Numbered from the stretch's first letter, positions 40,036-53,787 are shown. The stretch is DNA of 64,000 nucleotides from the human T2T-CHM13v2.0 reference genome, Homo sapiens (GCF_009914755.1 NC_060926.1); one strand, 5' to 3'. Program-made: numbers and translations. The notes: generated from the sequence alone by a model not told the origin.

Positions 40036-43000
40036 AAACAGGAAAAGTAACTGTGAGGGAGAATTAAGTTTAATTTTTCCATTCATCTTAGAAGTTTGTG
40101 CCTGTGTAACTTCCCTACCATACCCACTGTAGAGGAAACACTAACAGTATTGGAAATAAATATTAGCATTGTTTTGCTCGAATTAAAACAAAACAACAAA
40201 AAAACCTCATAATCTCTGAAAAAATTGAGCACATTTGCTGTATTGAATAGGAAACCCAAATATACAGCTCTTTAGCATCAGCTTAAAATAATACCTTAAG
40301 CAGGGAAGGCTTCCTTGTCTCTTCTTAAGCTATCTGACTAGTTTGAGCACTTGTGTGGTCAATAAAATCATAACACTGAGAAAACTGTTTTCTGAAGCTT
40401 GTGTTATTTTTACAACTGTTGGAAGTGGTGAGCTGTAATGACTCTTGTTGTTACCTTAATGGGCATTACTATGTATTTCAGCAAGTCAACTACTTCTGGT
40501 TTATCCCGTTGGTCCTGTTACTGTTCACCTGAAGGCAACATAAACTCAAAATAAGGTAGAGTGACTTGGCTCTCGAATTCCTTCCAAGAATCAAAAGAGG
40601 AGGTTTGGGGTTGCCTTTAGAACAGAAGCTAACCTTGCAATTGACTACTTGACCATCCAATTATATGTAATATGGCTCCAGTTTCAGCATTAAATTGCAT
40701 ATTTAGTGGTACATACATGACAGAAGGCTCATTTAGTTAATATCTATGTTTTTTTTGTCTTAAAAGGCATTTTCTTTCTTCAGAGAAGGAGCCCTTATTA
40801 AGTGGAGGAAGGTGATTTGATGCTCTTCACTGTCAGGATGTTCAAATGATGAAAACATTATCTTTGATATGCTCCGCTGGAAACGTCTTGTATGTGGAGG
40901 AGAGACGCATATCCCTGGAGAAAGTTGTCCTGTATTATAGAGCAGGTACACAAGGCAGGGATGAAGGCACTTCAGCGAAAATCTCCTTTTAGTCCCACAT
41001 TAATATGCTTGGACTTTAGCCTGATGCTTCTCAAACAGGATAGATATTGCCCCTTGCTTAGATGCTGCTACTGACAGGCCACAGGCTAGAGGGTGATTCT
41101 TGCTGGACTCTGCAGTTTTCCTGCTTTCCTTGTTTGACAGAATCCAATTCTCCTGACCTTCAGGACATGGAGCAGAACTCATTGCTTCCACCTGGCCTAC
41201 CCAAGTAAGTAAAGTTATGCTCCTAGAATACCACTGCCATGGTTAGTTTAATTTTAATTTATTGCAGAGATGGTTTTATGCATATGACTTTATAACTGTG
41301 CACGCACCCTGAGACCTCTGAAGGTCAAATAAATAATAAATGCTCATTAAGAGCTTGATGGTTGTGCTGAAATTGGCCAACAAAGGTGTCATTGGTGATA
41401 CTTTTATGTGGACAAATAGCATCTAAGTCAAGTAGGATCTAGTATTAAACTATTATAGTATTTGGCTTTACAGCCTCAGGAAATTATGTGCCAGCCATGC
41501 CTATTCAATCTTTAAAATAATGGTACAGTTTAAAACTAGGAATTTCTTGCTGTTTAATCTACTTTCCTTTTAAACCATTGGATTTTTTTCTGGCTTGTTC
41601 TTTGGTGTTTGCGTGTGTGTGTGTGCACGCATGTGTGTTTACACTGGGGAAGGGAAGTGGAAGTGGAAAGGGGGGAGAGAAAGAATATTAAGTTGTCACA
41701 TTTTCAAATGTCTCCGCCAGCTTTCAGAGGTTGCAGAAGGAAACCCTGATTTTTACCTATGCATGAGGTATGGAAAGAGCTTTCAAGGTGACCCCAGGAT
41801 GCAGCTGTAGAATTCTTGCAATGAAAATCCTGGCATCCAGATGTTTTGTGTTCACGCCACCATCTCTGACATGTTGTCCCTTTCTCCATATCCCTCTGGC
41901 TATTGGGGCTAGGTATATCTCCCTTTCTGGGGACCTAGCTTTGCAGCAAGGAGAAAGCATTTAGTGTGCCCAATGCCTCCTACCTGAAAAATGCTGAATA
42001 ACTGCCCCTTTGAATATGAATAAAATTTAATTTTCTGAAAGAAAAAAGCATAAAAATCTGTCAATTTTGATGAATAGCACTCATATAATCTTATTAGACA
42101 GCATAACCTAAGAACGAGGTAGGAAATATTACTTCACAAACTTCAGTGCTATTCTATGTTCTAAGTCTGTTCTCCTTTCCATTGACTTATTAGATATATT
42201 TATGACCTAATTACATACATACATTCTATTTCTTATTCTCAACATATTTATAACTATGAAAGGAAATATAAATTTGGAGTTTATCCTGTTTGTTTAATTG
42301 GCTTAAAAGTAATCATAATCTTTTGGGAATCTTAGTTTTCCTAGAAAATAGAAACAGATCCTAGCTATCGATTTTAATACCTTGGAATTATTCTTAGCTG
42401 AGAAAGGTAACAACCACAGATTATTTTATTCTCTATTTCTTAGACGCATAAGGCTTACCTTCCTATTTTAAGAAATGTGTTCATGTCAAAAACTAAATTC
42501 AAAGGGAGACATTCTGACATTTGAAAACTCCCTCTAATTCCTAAATTAAATCCTTGGTTTTCATTCTACTTCAGAGCCAGTTTTGAATTGAGTCTGCAAT
42601 GGCAGAGAAAATAAAGTGTGAAAAAGACATGGAAAAACAAGAGGGCACACCCCGAAAGTTGTTTATCTTCCTCCTCCTTCCCCTGAATTTCTTCCCAGTG
42701 AATTGGGTACGTCCCTTCCACATATTGTTGGCATAAGTTTTGATCCATCCAAAATTCTCTTCTTATTTTTGGTGCCTTTGAGTTTTCCTCGATGTGGATA
42801 AATTTAATTCACTTTTCTATGTACCCCAAAGACCACCATTACCCTGATTTGCATTATTGACTTTCCTTATAAATCCTACAGGCTAAACACACACACAAAA
42901 AGAAGAGGAATTATTTTAGTCTTGTCACTTCTATCTGGCCCTTCTTCCTTTAAACTAGCTGGAACAATGCATAATATAATATGCATAATAATCAGTATAT

Positions 43001-43139
43001 AATTGCTAAAAAAGTGATCTTTTATCCAAATTTCAGCCACATTTTGAGGTATTGTTTTAGACTCATTGGATTACCAATATCTAGACAAGCACATCCAGGC
43101 TGAGCAAATGCAAAGTCAAAAATAAATACAAACCACCAT

Positions 43140-43350
43140 TCACTGAGAGTATTCAGAGTGCCAGGCATTCTGCCTGTTTTTTTTTTTACACGCATTACCT
43201 CATTTACTCCTCATGATTACTACATGAGAGAAGTATTGGTATTCACCCAGTTGACAGACTAGGAAACTGAGACTCACAGAGTAGCCAGCCCAGGGTGGGT
43301 AGAGAGCTTGAGATTTACCCCAATTCTGTCTGACACAAAGTGTGTGCTCT
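43140..43350 (-). mobile_element. MIR
   Basis: gtgccaggcattct..cattacctcatttactcctca..aggaaactgagactcacaga. Confidence 0.7.
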
Positions 43351-44777
43351 AAACCGCAGAGCTTCAACATGTGTAAATCACGTTAATTTCTAAATAGTGA
43401 AAAGGGATGATATATATTAACAGCAAGAAACATTTTTTTTTTCTTCCAAAGGAAAATGAGGGTAAAAAACTGCAATGTTAAAGGGATAGGGAACTGTATA
43501 TTTCTGCCAGGCAATCCCTCTCCTGTGAATTTAGATCCAATCCACTATCAATATTTTCTGGCAATATTTCTTTCCTTTTACCGCTACATCATTCATAATA
43601 TTCAGTGTTTCCAGAACTACAACATGCCAATCCTTACCATGCTTTCTCAGCACTATCTGTATTTTAAATTACTGGAACTGTTGCAGCCAATCACATTAGA
43701 AGACAGGACACTGTTATGAATTCCAGGCAAAATGTGAAGGGGGTAAAAACCCCGAGCACTCCACATAACCATTTCCCAGATGTTTGTTAGACTTGTGTAT
43801 TTTCTCTAACTCACATGCAAACAGAGAGACCCTGAAAAAATCTGCCTTTTTCTTTTTGTATTGACTAAGTTCTAGTAAAAAAATGTTTTCTTGACAAAAA
43901 AATACTATTGAGTGGTTGCAGTTCAATCTCTAATATATTTATTTGTAGCTTCTCTGAAATGTGTACCCTTTTGTGTAGGAATTTTGACTTGATTGCTTTT
44001 TTTAAGCAACATGGCTCTGTACTGCTTCTTAGACCCAGAGACTTTAAAAATACCCTAAAATGAAGCAAGAGAAAAACTTCAAGGAAAGCATTTGGCATTA
44101 AAAAGTAAAATGGGAGTAGGAAATATTCTCCTTTAGAAGAGCTTAGATTTATTTAGGATTCCTAATGCAACTTCCTATAGATGGATATTCCTTTAAAAGG
44201 ATTCAAATTCCTTTCTGAGTATTAATTTCCTCATTTATAAGTTGTGATAATATTCCTTCCATGCTTATGTTATGAGCTACTGATGGCAAATGGCTGAGAA
44301 AATCACTTTAAAGTTAGAAAATTCTAAATATACTATAACAATGTAAAATAAATTATATAAATAGGTATAAGAGATTCTCCATATGCAAGTGAGGTATTGC
44401 TGCTGCAATTGGCCTTTTGGACATTCTGGGTTTTGGACAGAGAATCCACAAACAAAATTTTAAAAAAGGGAGAGGTGGAGGGGTTGCCAAGGAACACACT
44501 GAACATATATGCAATCATTCAATGTTTTTGACAATGAGATAAGTGTTATATCGGGGAGACTGTTTAACTACCATAATTTTTGACGTCAGAATAGTCAAAT
44601 ATTTTCCTGAATCTTTAATAGGGTCTAGCACAGTGTCTGGAATATCAAAAGTGTTCAATAAATATCTACTAATTTGACAAATTCTCTCTCTTTTAGTGAT
44701 GATCTTTTTTGAGAAAGGGAATGAAACATGCTTTCTGGAGCCTACAGTTAGTAAGCTGCCAACACAGAGCCACATGT

Positions 44778-44985
44778 TTAGAGTCAGACAGGCTTGGGCT
44801 TGATTGAGCTGTGTGACTGGGGTTAAGGGACAAAATGTCTTTGATACTCACTTTCCTCACCGGTAAAATGGGAAGAAGTGATAACTATATTACAGTGTTT
44901 TTATATTAATTAAATTGGATAAAGCACTTAAACTGTTTAGTGCAGTTGAGGCACATAACAATTGCCCACTAAAATGTAGCTACTA
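44778..44985 (+). mobile_element. MIR
   Basis: tagagtcagacaggcttgggc..gctgtgtgactgggg..ctcactttcctcaccggtaaaatggg. Confidence 0.7.
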
Positions 44986-45026
44986 TGATTCCTGGTAGTT
45001 GTAGTTTTCTTAGGGGTATTTCCTCA

Positions 45027-45180
45027 GCAGTTTAACATATTGAGATTACTCTTTTAACAAAACAGATGTTTTACTATATGAAATCTGTAGCTACATGTTT
45101 ATATTATTTATGTGTCATATTAATTGAAAATGTTTATTGGATCCATTCTCATTTTCACCCAAATTATTTGGCTGTCAAAT
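45027..45180 (+). repeat. Inverted duplication, copy A (154 bp; partner 51467-51620)
   Basis: Manual alignment to the reverse complement of 51467-51620 gives 143/154 identical, no gaps. Confidence 0.95.
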
Positions 45181-45740
45181 AAATAGATATTTTATATCTA
45201 TCTATCCATCTATCTCTCTGTCTACTTTTTTCTCTTTCTTCATTCTTTCTCTCTTTCCTTTCCTTCTACCTTCCATTCTCCTTTCTTCCTTTTTCTTCCT
45301 TTCTCTCCTGCCCACAAATAGAAGAAAGTGTCCCTTGAGAATTAACATTATTAAATGTTCTATTATTATAATGTTCTTGTTTGGCCACTGCCTGAAAATA
45401 TTGAGTGCTCTCACTAAATAAGCTGTTGGACAATTTTCAAAGTAATTATTGTAGAGTCTAGACTTTCCTATTTCCTCCCACCCCCCACATCCCTGTAACC
45501 ATCTATATTTTTCCCAGTACATTTGTGGCACAACAGGTGGCTATTATTTTTTACTTTACTGCGTCTCTACTGGTAAAGATTTCATTGCTGCTGTGACAAC
45601 AGTTGGAGGGGGTCATCACCTTATGAACTATCACCTGGATATCTGCTTAGTCTCAGGTAACAACCTGGGAGTAAGGTAATGAACAACTTCGTTATCCTTT
45701 TTTCTCCCCAAACGTGAGAAGAAAAGAGAATAAAATGTAT

Positions 45741-46180
45741 TGTATTCTTTTCATTTCCTAGGGCTGCTGTAACACAGTATCACAAACTGGGTGGCTTAAA
45801 ACAACTGTAATTCATTGTCTCACAGTTCTGGAGGCCATAAGTCCCAAATCAATGTCAACGGGGCGGTACTACAACTTGGAGGGGAGAATCCAGCCCTGCT
45901 CTTGGTAGCTTCTGGTGATCATGGCAATTTTTGGTGTTCCTCGACTTGTAAATGCATCATTCCATCTCTGTCTCTGTTGCCACATGGCTGTCTTCTTCCT
46001 GTGTGTGTCTTCTGCTCTTTATAAGAACAACATTACATTGGATTAAAGGTCCACCCTACTCCAGTATGACCTCATCTTAACTACATCTGCCAAGTTCTTA
46101 TTTACAAATAAAGTCACATTCTGAGGTATTGGGGGTTAGGACTGCAGCATATTTATGGGAGGATGCAATTCAACCCATAA
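45741..46180 (-). mobile_element. MaLR solo LTR (MLT1B/C-like)
   Basis: ttcctagggctgctgtaaca..cacaaactgggtggcttaaaacaac..tctcacagttctggaggc..ccagtatgacctcatcttaact..cacattctgaggtattgggggttaggact..aattcaacccataa. Confidence 0.88.
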
Positions 46181-46420
46181 TGTGTATATGAGAATGTTTG
46201 TTCCAAATAGAATAATTTTTCTTGTAATTCTAGCCAAAGTCAGAATCAATCTGACAGAGTTGTTATGTACAGGTAAGGAAGAGGGAATTACAGAGTCACT
46301 CAGCCAACAGACATTTTTTGAGCACTTAATGTGTGCTACTATGTAGAATGTTCTTTAAGTATCAGATAATCTATCTTCACAGAGTTCACAATTGAATTAA
46401 AGGATTTAGGATATTTTATA

Positions 46421-46442
46421 TCTATCTATCTATCTATCTATC

Positions 46443-46491
<49 letters not shown>
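46421..46491 (+). repeat. Compound STR [TCTA]5 TCA [TCTA]12
   Basis: Read directly from the sequence. Confidence 0.95.
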
Positions 46492-47759
46492 CAAGTAGAG
46501 AAACATTTTCTCACCTCAAAACAGAATCAACAACCCAGAAGTAAACAAAAATATCTTTGGTCAGCCCAAAGTGAAGTTTCATAATCTACATACTAAATAC
46601 ATGTAGTTGCCTTGTAGAAAAGTAGTTCAATACTAGTCTACTGACTCCTACGTAACACAAATTCTAACAGTTGCAGTCATTTGATTTTCAGTCTACCACA
46701 GATTATGCAGGCATACTGAGAGCAGTGAGAATGACAACTGAAAACCTGACAACAAAAAAAGGGAGGTGAAGGAAAAAATAAGAAGAGAAATAAAAACTTG
46801 TTGCTTTCTTGGATGACTGAGTAGAGATAATCCTGTCTGCTTCATCACATTCTGTGAACTTGATGCATTAGAGGACAGCATCTAATCATTGATATTCAAT
46901 GTAATTGTCCCAAGGTATTAAGAAATATTTGATTCTGATCGATATATTCTATTCATTAAAGCAGACAGACTTACAACACATTTTAGGTTTTGCTCCAAAA
47001 TTAGTTAAAAACATTAAAGGATAAAACACAAACTATTTACAAAACTCAATAATCTGCAATGATACATGAACATTTTGGTTAGACGTATAAATGAGTAGCA
47101 TATACATGTTTAGGATTCCAATGCAGAGGAGGGGGATAAAACTCTGGGTTGGAACAGTCATAGATAAAGTAAAAACACTAATATCCAACCTTGCTTCTCC
47201 TTAGCACTTAGAAACAAAACTGACTGTGACTATGCTTCATAATTATGTAAATCTAGTGAAATACGCTCCAGCACCCTTCCCATCCCCAGTTGTCCACATG
47301 GCAAGCCCAGTTATAGCTGATTCTGTGGACTTAAGAGCCTAGAATGGATCGAGAGCTGACCAGGCAGTTCAACTTTCCTCTTGGTCACATTGCAGAATTT
47401 CTAAGAGAGGCATTATAAACACAGATGCCTTCAGGCATCTAACAAGTAATATAAATGAGTCAGCTATGCCAGGTATAAGGTATTATTTGGAGACAATTTG
47501 GGACAGAATATGCTCCCTAAAAGCATTATCATTCATATTTTCTTTATCATCTGCTCTTATTGAATCATCTAGTGTGAAACTGAATTCAAATCTAGAGCTC
47601 CAGTTCGTAGCCTTGGTTTCTAGCATCAACCCATCCAGCTCCAGACCCAAAAGGGGTTTGGCTTTTTCTGACTTTTGCCTGCTATCATTCTCTTTGATCT
47701 ATCTTCACCCAGTGGGCTAGGTGTTCTGGAAGTGAGAAGTGAAAGAATATCCACTTGTA

Positions 47760-48066
47760 CAATGCTTTGCAAAAGATGCTTTTAGGAACATTAATCCTGT
47801 GAGATATACCGGAAAAATAGAACATGGCGATCAAATAATTTTGGGAAACAATACATTCTATACACCTCTCAAATGTTCACAATACACTCACAATCCACAT
47901 TCACGTATTACAGGTAGAGAAGTCCTTCAGTAAAGAAAATGGTTTAACTCAATATATTGTTTGATTCAATATTCATCACACTTAGTTGGTTACTAGACTC
48001 TCCACTTGCTTTAAAATTACATCACAAAGAACTTATGTTTCATGGAACGTGCTCTGGGAAATGCTA
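47760..48066. mobile_element. Possible old hAT-Charlie-type DNA transposon
   Basis: Ends caatgctttgcaaa... and ...ctctgggaaatgcta resemble degenerate CAGTGTTTCCCAAA-type TIRs. Confidence 0.35.
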
Positions 48067-51000
48067 AGTTAGAGACATTACCTCTTATGGAACCCTATGC
48101 TAAACTATACAAGTAAGAAAGGTAGAATTAACTCTTAAACATGCAAAGAGTTTACATAACTTTTTATGTGTTGAAAGTGTACTACTTGGTTGCTCTTGAG
48201 TTCCCATACAGCAAGAGAATGTCCACCAACAACGTCCCACTTTGTCCCTTCAATAAATGCTGGGGGAAAAGCTTTGTTCCCTTTCTCTATCCAATTATTC
48301 ACTCCTTCTCCAGAAGGAAGAGTAACTTTTCTGATTTGGCCGTATCTTAGTTAAGTTGGGTCAGCTTACACTGATGCCCACATCTGGAAACAGGCTATAC
48401 TGTCTTTCTCTCTTTTGGAACACTTGCTGTAACAAACAGAGTATCTCTGTCCTTTTCCTTCTTCCATGTTGGATATTTAGTAGGGCAGGGCTTGATTTTG
48501 GCAGAAGGGAAATTCTACCTCTTCTCTAGTTCAGCTTTATTAGGCAGCTCCCTATATTAAGCAATACAGCCGACCTGCACCTTGCCCCATGTGATTGAAT
48601 TCTTCGTGTGCATTCTTGATCGGCCACTGCTTAGAAGTAAAGAGAGGCCAGTGGTAGGATTCAGGCAGCAACTGCACTTACAGCCTTTAAAATGGTGCAC
48701 AAAAAAACAGTCAACTCTGCTAACGCATTGCCCAGGAGCATCAGACAACCATGTGAGCATCAGAGCCTCTGTGTGTACTGTTGACCATTCTGGACAAAGA
48801 GAGAGGAGAGACACAGAAAATGACATTTATCAAGGAGACCACCTTATTTCTTTAGTCTTTTTTTTTTTTTTTTGAAAAATATGACCTTCAAAAATCAGTT
48901 TATAAAAGGTCCTTTGCATCTCAGACTATAATTTTTTGAGGAAATGATGTAACAGGTTGCTGTTTCTAATCTTGAGAATATTTGGTTTGGGATATATTTC
49001 AAATGTTGATGTTAGTCTGATATGAAAATGCCTGTTAGTGCTCAAAATCCAGGACAAAGGTTATTTCCACCAAGCTCAATAGAAAGTAATAAATAATTCT
49101 GAAATATTGTTTTAAAATAGGAATATGAAATATTATAACTCGTCAAGCCTTCAAGTCTATGTTGGCTTATTATTGCCAACCCAGCAGGTGAAACAAAGGC
49201 TCGTGCCTGTGGCTGAGCATCCAGCTGTCTGGATAGGTCCACTCCTACTCACCAAGCCTTGTTCTCAAGAGCTTCAGCCCATTCTCTCAAAAACTTTTAT
49301 TCTATGCTGATGCAACTTAATTATACTAATTCTCTCTGCTTCATGATTATGCTAATAAAGAGTCTCTGTCTTGTCCACCGTATTTGCAATATCTAGAACT
49401 GTGATAAAAAATGCATTTCTGATAATACAATGAGATTATATGGAAGCACTACTAAAGCTAATCTAGCTATGAGGCAAGGCCATCATTAATCTGAATTCAT
49501 AGGACACAGGGTGAGGGTTTATTTCTATAAAAATAATCGTGTCTTGGGGTTCAATCTAGAGTGCAAAGAAAATATAGGCTGTTGGCACCTGCCTCACTAC
49601 TTCGCAAATGATCTTGTAGAAGTGAAATGCAGAACTCTTTATTGTGCACTTTGTAGTGCATTTATTTTTATTTTTTTTTTCCATTGTGAACATTTTATCG
49701 TTTGTCCTTGCAGCATTTTTAAATACCATCCCTATATTCTTTCCCTTGGCAAATTGACAAAAGAAAAAAATGTATATTTCAGCTGTAGTATCCTATAGCC
49801 ACTTCTTGCATTCATAAATAAAACCATTATCTTAAGTTATGTAGTCTAATAGCAACTGCAGCACACGTGGTTGTTACAGCAAATGACATTTATAAATGTA
49901 GATTATCTTTTTTCTTTGAGTTTTTATTAAAGCAGCTGACACAAAATCAGAGTAACTGAGTCAGTTTGTTTTGTCAGAAAAAAAGGAAATATAATAAAAG
50001 TCTGAGTGTATAATCATTTTTAAAATTCTTTGTTCATAGTAGAAGTTTACTTTTTCCACTTGTCTATCCCCAAGTCTATAATGTCACTTCCAGAGAGAAG
50101 CAGGAGTCACGTGTTTTGGAAGGATCAGCACCTTCACTGCATACCTTTATCACCTGCTAAGATGCTTTATTGACTCAAAATGTGATAAGGCAGCAATGTT
50201 TTTTAAACCTTCTATTAAAATAAAACATTACATTATAAAAGCGAAGAACAGCATCTTTTGACTGTCTCATTTCAAAAGGTATGTTGCTAAGGATTGTCCC
50301 ACTTAACCAGTGTGCACCAAGGTTTATGCCCTTTCAGTGCCCTGATACTCCAAGCTCGGGAAGTTTCAGTTTCAATCCTAGCATTGGCAGACAAATTGGG
50401 GATCATAAACCCTGGTATACAACAATGGTTTTCTAGATCAGTAGGAGACACCGAAGACAAGAAACAGAGAAAGAGGAGAGGGGTGGATTCACCTCTTTGT
50501 AATCCACAGGCCTTTCTGATGCCCTTACAGGATTTTTGAGTGCATTTCTGCCAGTATCAGCAATGGTGAAGTTCACCTTCACTAAAATCTAATTCCAGCA
50601 CTAACTGGCAGGCCAGCACTAGTGAAAATAACATTCCGGTTTCCTCCATGACCTCAGTCCCGACATGATAACGGGAGCCCTCAACAACTCATTTCTGGCT
50701 TGGAATTCTTGATGGTTTATTTAGTTTGACTGACTGTCGGAGATTGCCATTATGAATACAGTTGCTAGGGAAGGCCTGTGGTAGTGCTGTTTGGCTTTTA
50801 AAGGGGTCAGGATTTTGTAAGATCTCAAATAACACTTATGGCTTAATGTCTGCAAACAATGCAGCATTTAACATTTACTATGCATGAAGAGGATCATAGT
50901 TCATCATTTATTATTCAAAAATTATGTAAAATATTTTTATGATGGAATATGAAGAATGTGTTCCAAATATTCATGTATATAAACAACACATAACAAATTT

Positions 51001-51466
51001 ACCTTAAAACATCAATATGTAATCAAAGAGGTATTTAAAGTTCTGTGACATGGAGCCAAATTTAAACATTTCAAAATTCAGACATTTAATCGCATATTTT
51101 TCAAGCAGATTAAACTGAGGTCTGGTTCTCTTCAATAAAGCGAACATTTATTTCTTTATCCCAGGAGAGTTACATTTTTAATGGTAGAAAAAGGCTTGGT
51201 GCTTGGTTTGTCAGAATTTAAACATACAAATCTCTCAATTAAAAATTTAATTGCCTGCTCTATCTTCTCATTTTACATGTTCAACAAAATGTTTCGGTTT
51301 CTTATAAAACAAGGTGATTATGAACATTGGTTTCCGGAGCCTATTAACAATTTCCACTATAGTCCAAATAAAGATGGTGTGAGCAGCATGGCTAATATGA
51401 TTTGTTTTCTTCATTGTAATTTGAATCTTGAAACTTTTCTCAACTAGGAGAGTAGATTTCAATAGA

Positions 51467-51620
51467 ATATGAGAGCCAAATAATTTGGGTGAAAATGAGA
51501 ATGGATCCAATAAAAATTTTCAATTAATATGATACATAAATAATACAAACATGTAGCTACACATTTCATATAGTAAGACATCTGTTTTGTTAAAAGAGTA
51601 ACCTCAGTGTGTTAAACTAC
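51467..51620 (-). repeat. Inverted duplication, copy B (154 bp; partner 45027-45180)
   Basis: Same alignment; explains why two track ORFs on opposite strands both begin MDPFSFSPKLFG. Confidence 0.95.
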
Positions 51621-52904
51621 GGCAAATTTGAGAGGGAACCGACAAATGACGATCAAGAGCCTTAAATCCGTTTATAGACTTGATCCATTTGTTTTGGAAA
51701 TGAATCATTTCCACATATTTTAATTGTGCATGGTAACTAATAGTACATCCTGAAAAAGTGATATATTCTTCATAATATTTAACCTTATTGTAACTCACAT
51801 TAAATCTTTCTAGGAAGGGGTAACAATCTAGCTTCATATAAAAATTACAAAGATCATGAGTTAATGAAATAAATCTCTCCCCCATCTCTTTTCGTCTGCC
51901 TTTTCTCCTTTGCACCTGCTTGTTATCTTCATTTTGTATTGTCCTTATTGCTTACTTCTCTTAGAACTGTATATTTTACCACATTTATGTGCTTAATAAA
52001 TATGTATTAAATACCAATTACATACAAGCATATTGTTGGATGCTACAAAAAAGTTCTTCTCTTATTAAAATTTTTTACTTTCTCAAAATAGCAAAGAGGT
52101 AGATCCAGCACTGGAAATCAGATCTTTGAACTCTATTAGCCCTTAATATGAGGTAATTTTATTTTATAAACAAGATTAAAACTTCCACTTAAATGGAATA
52201 TTTCATGTTTTGACTTAAGAGTCTTGTTTGCTCTCACATTTATAAGGTTTGAATTATTGGCTGCCATTGACTTTAATTAAACTCATTATGGACTCACATG
52301 TCTGGCACTTGTTAGAGAGGGAAAAAAAATTTTAAAGTAAGCCCAGTGACTTAATACAAGCTCTCTCAGCAAACAGCCTTAATAAGCCATGCTGGGCCTC
52401 AACTCAGCTAGCAATGTGCTACTTGACCCTGGTCAATGTTTTTTATGCTAAAAGAAATGTGTGTTCATCTTCCTTATTCTTCAATAAAGGATATACTCTG
52501 TTCAAGTGAATGCCTTCGGTGACTTGGTTTGAATGGATGTGCGGGCAAAATAATTTTCTTATTATTTCCTTTGTGTGGGATGGGCTCTTGACTAAGGTAA
52601 GGAGTGAGAAACAGTACTAGCTAATTGGGTCCTTGTTATTCCATATCACTATCTAAACATTCAGTTAGGAAAGGAAAATATCAGCCATACAGATGCTCTG
52701 ATGGCAGTGTGCCACACACCCCATGTCTGGAGTCATACAGATGGCTAACTGAATATTTTGGATTCACATGGGTGTTCTGCGTTGTGTAGACAATGTTACT
52801 GGGACACTTAAAAGAAAATACCCCATGTTCAAAATCTTTAATGATCTAAGTTGTGGATCTTAGTTATTTTTTTAATTAAAAAATGTATTTAGGTATTTCT
52901 TGAT

Positions 52905-53030
52905 TTGTTATTCTAGGTTCATCACTTCACAAATGGTAAAACAGAGACCTGAACAAAGCGAAAGAATTACCCAAGGGCTCTGACTAGGAAGTGAGAAAAA
53001 GTGATCTCAAACTCAGATGACTTGCAAGTA
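52905..53030 (-). mobile_element. MIR fragment
   Basis: cacttcacaaatggtaaaacagagacct..ttacccaaggg..ctcaaactcagat. Confidence 0.5.
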
Positions 53031-53186
53031 AGGATCTTTTTACCATACCTTACTACGTCTATGAATACTTCAAGCATCAGAATACCTGTTTGCTTAGTGT
53101 GACACTGACTAAATACTCCAGGAATTCCCAACCCTTCCCATTTGCCATGGTGGACCAGAGAGAAGAGAAAGCAACACGCAATTGTA

Positions 53187-53262
53187 TTAGGTTGGTACAA
53201 AATTGTGGTTTTTGCCTTTAAAAGTAATGGAAAAAGTTGCTATTACTTTTGCACCAACCAAA
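53187..53262. mobile_element. MADE1 (Hsmar1-derived palindromic MITE) with TA TSD
   Basis: TA|TTAGGTTGGTACAAAA...TTACTTTTGCACCAACCAAA|TA; matches the MADE1 TIRs. Confidence 0.9.
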
Positions 53263-53787
53263 TACGTCTCTTTATAGTTTTTAAAACTCGTTTACTTGAG
53301 GAAATCTCATTCATTTGTTTATTCCTGCATATTTATTCAACAACTTGTTTCTAAGACTTTTTCCACCAGTGTCCTGCTCTTCTATCTCCATTAGATATCC
53401 AATCGTGTTCCTTATTCCCTCCCATCTCATTTATCAAATCTCAGATCCCGTAATTCTGGTTTGTTCTACGAAGCATAAATGATGTCTTTAATTTTCTCCA
53501 AGCCTAAAGAAAAGAATGAGAAATACGATGAGTTCAGAGCCTGGTGTAGAACTACATGTATAGGATAAGATATTTAATGATCATTAGTTCCATGAGTTTC
53601 CTGGCTGCAAACTCTGATTATCCTCTCCTCCCCGCAGAAATCAAAAGGGTAATATGTTTACTTTAGAGATTCAGTGGGGAACATAGGGTCATAAATTTGC
53701 ATTGAGTCTTATGGTGGTTGGGGGAAAGCAGCAGTTAGGAATGACAGTAATGGAGAATCAATAGTTCTTAAAGCAAAAGAAAAAGAG

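Noticed and set aside
45137-51510. Two ORFs both beginning MDPFSFSPKLFG (apparent gene family)
   Set aside because: Both start at TTG inside the 154-bp inverted duplication and diverge immediately outside it; this is a DNA duplication, not paralogous genes.
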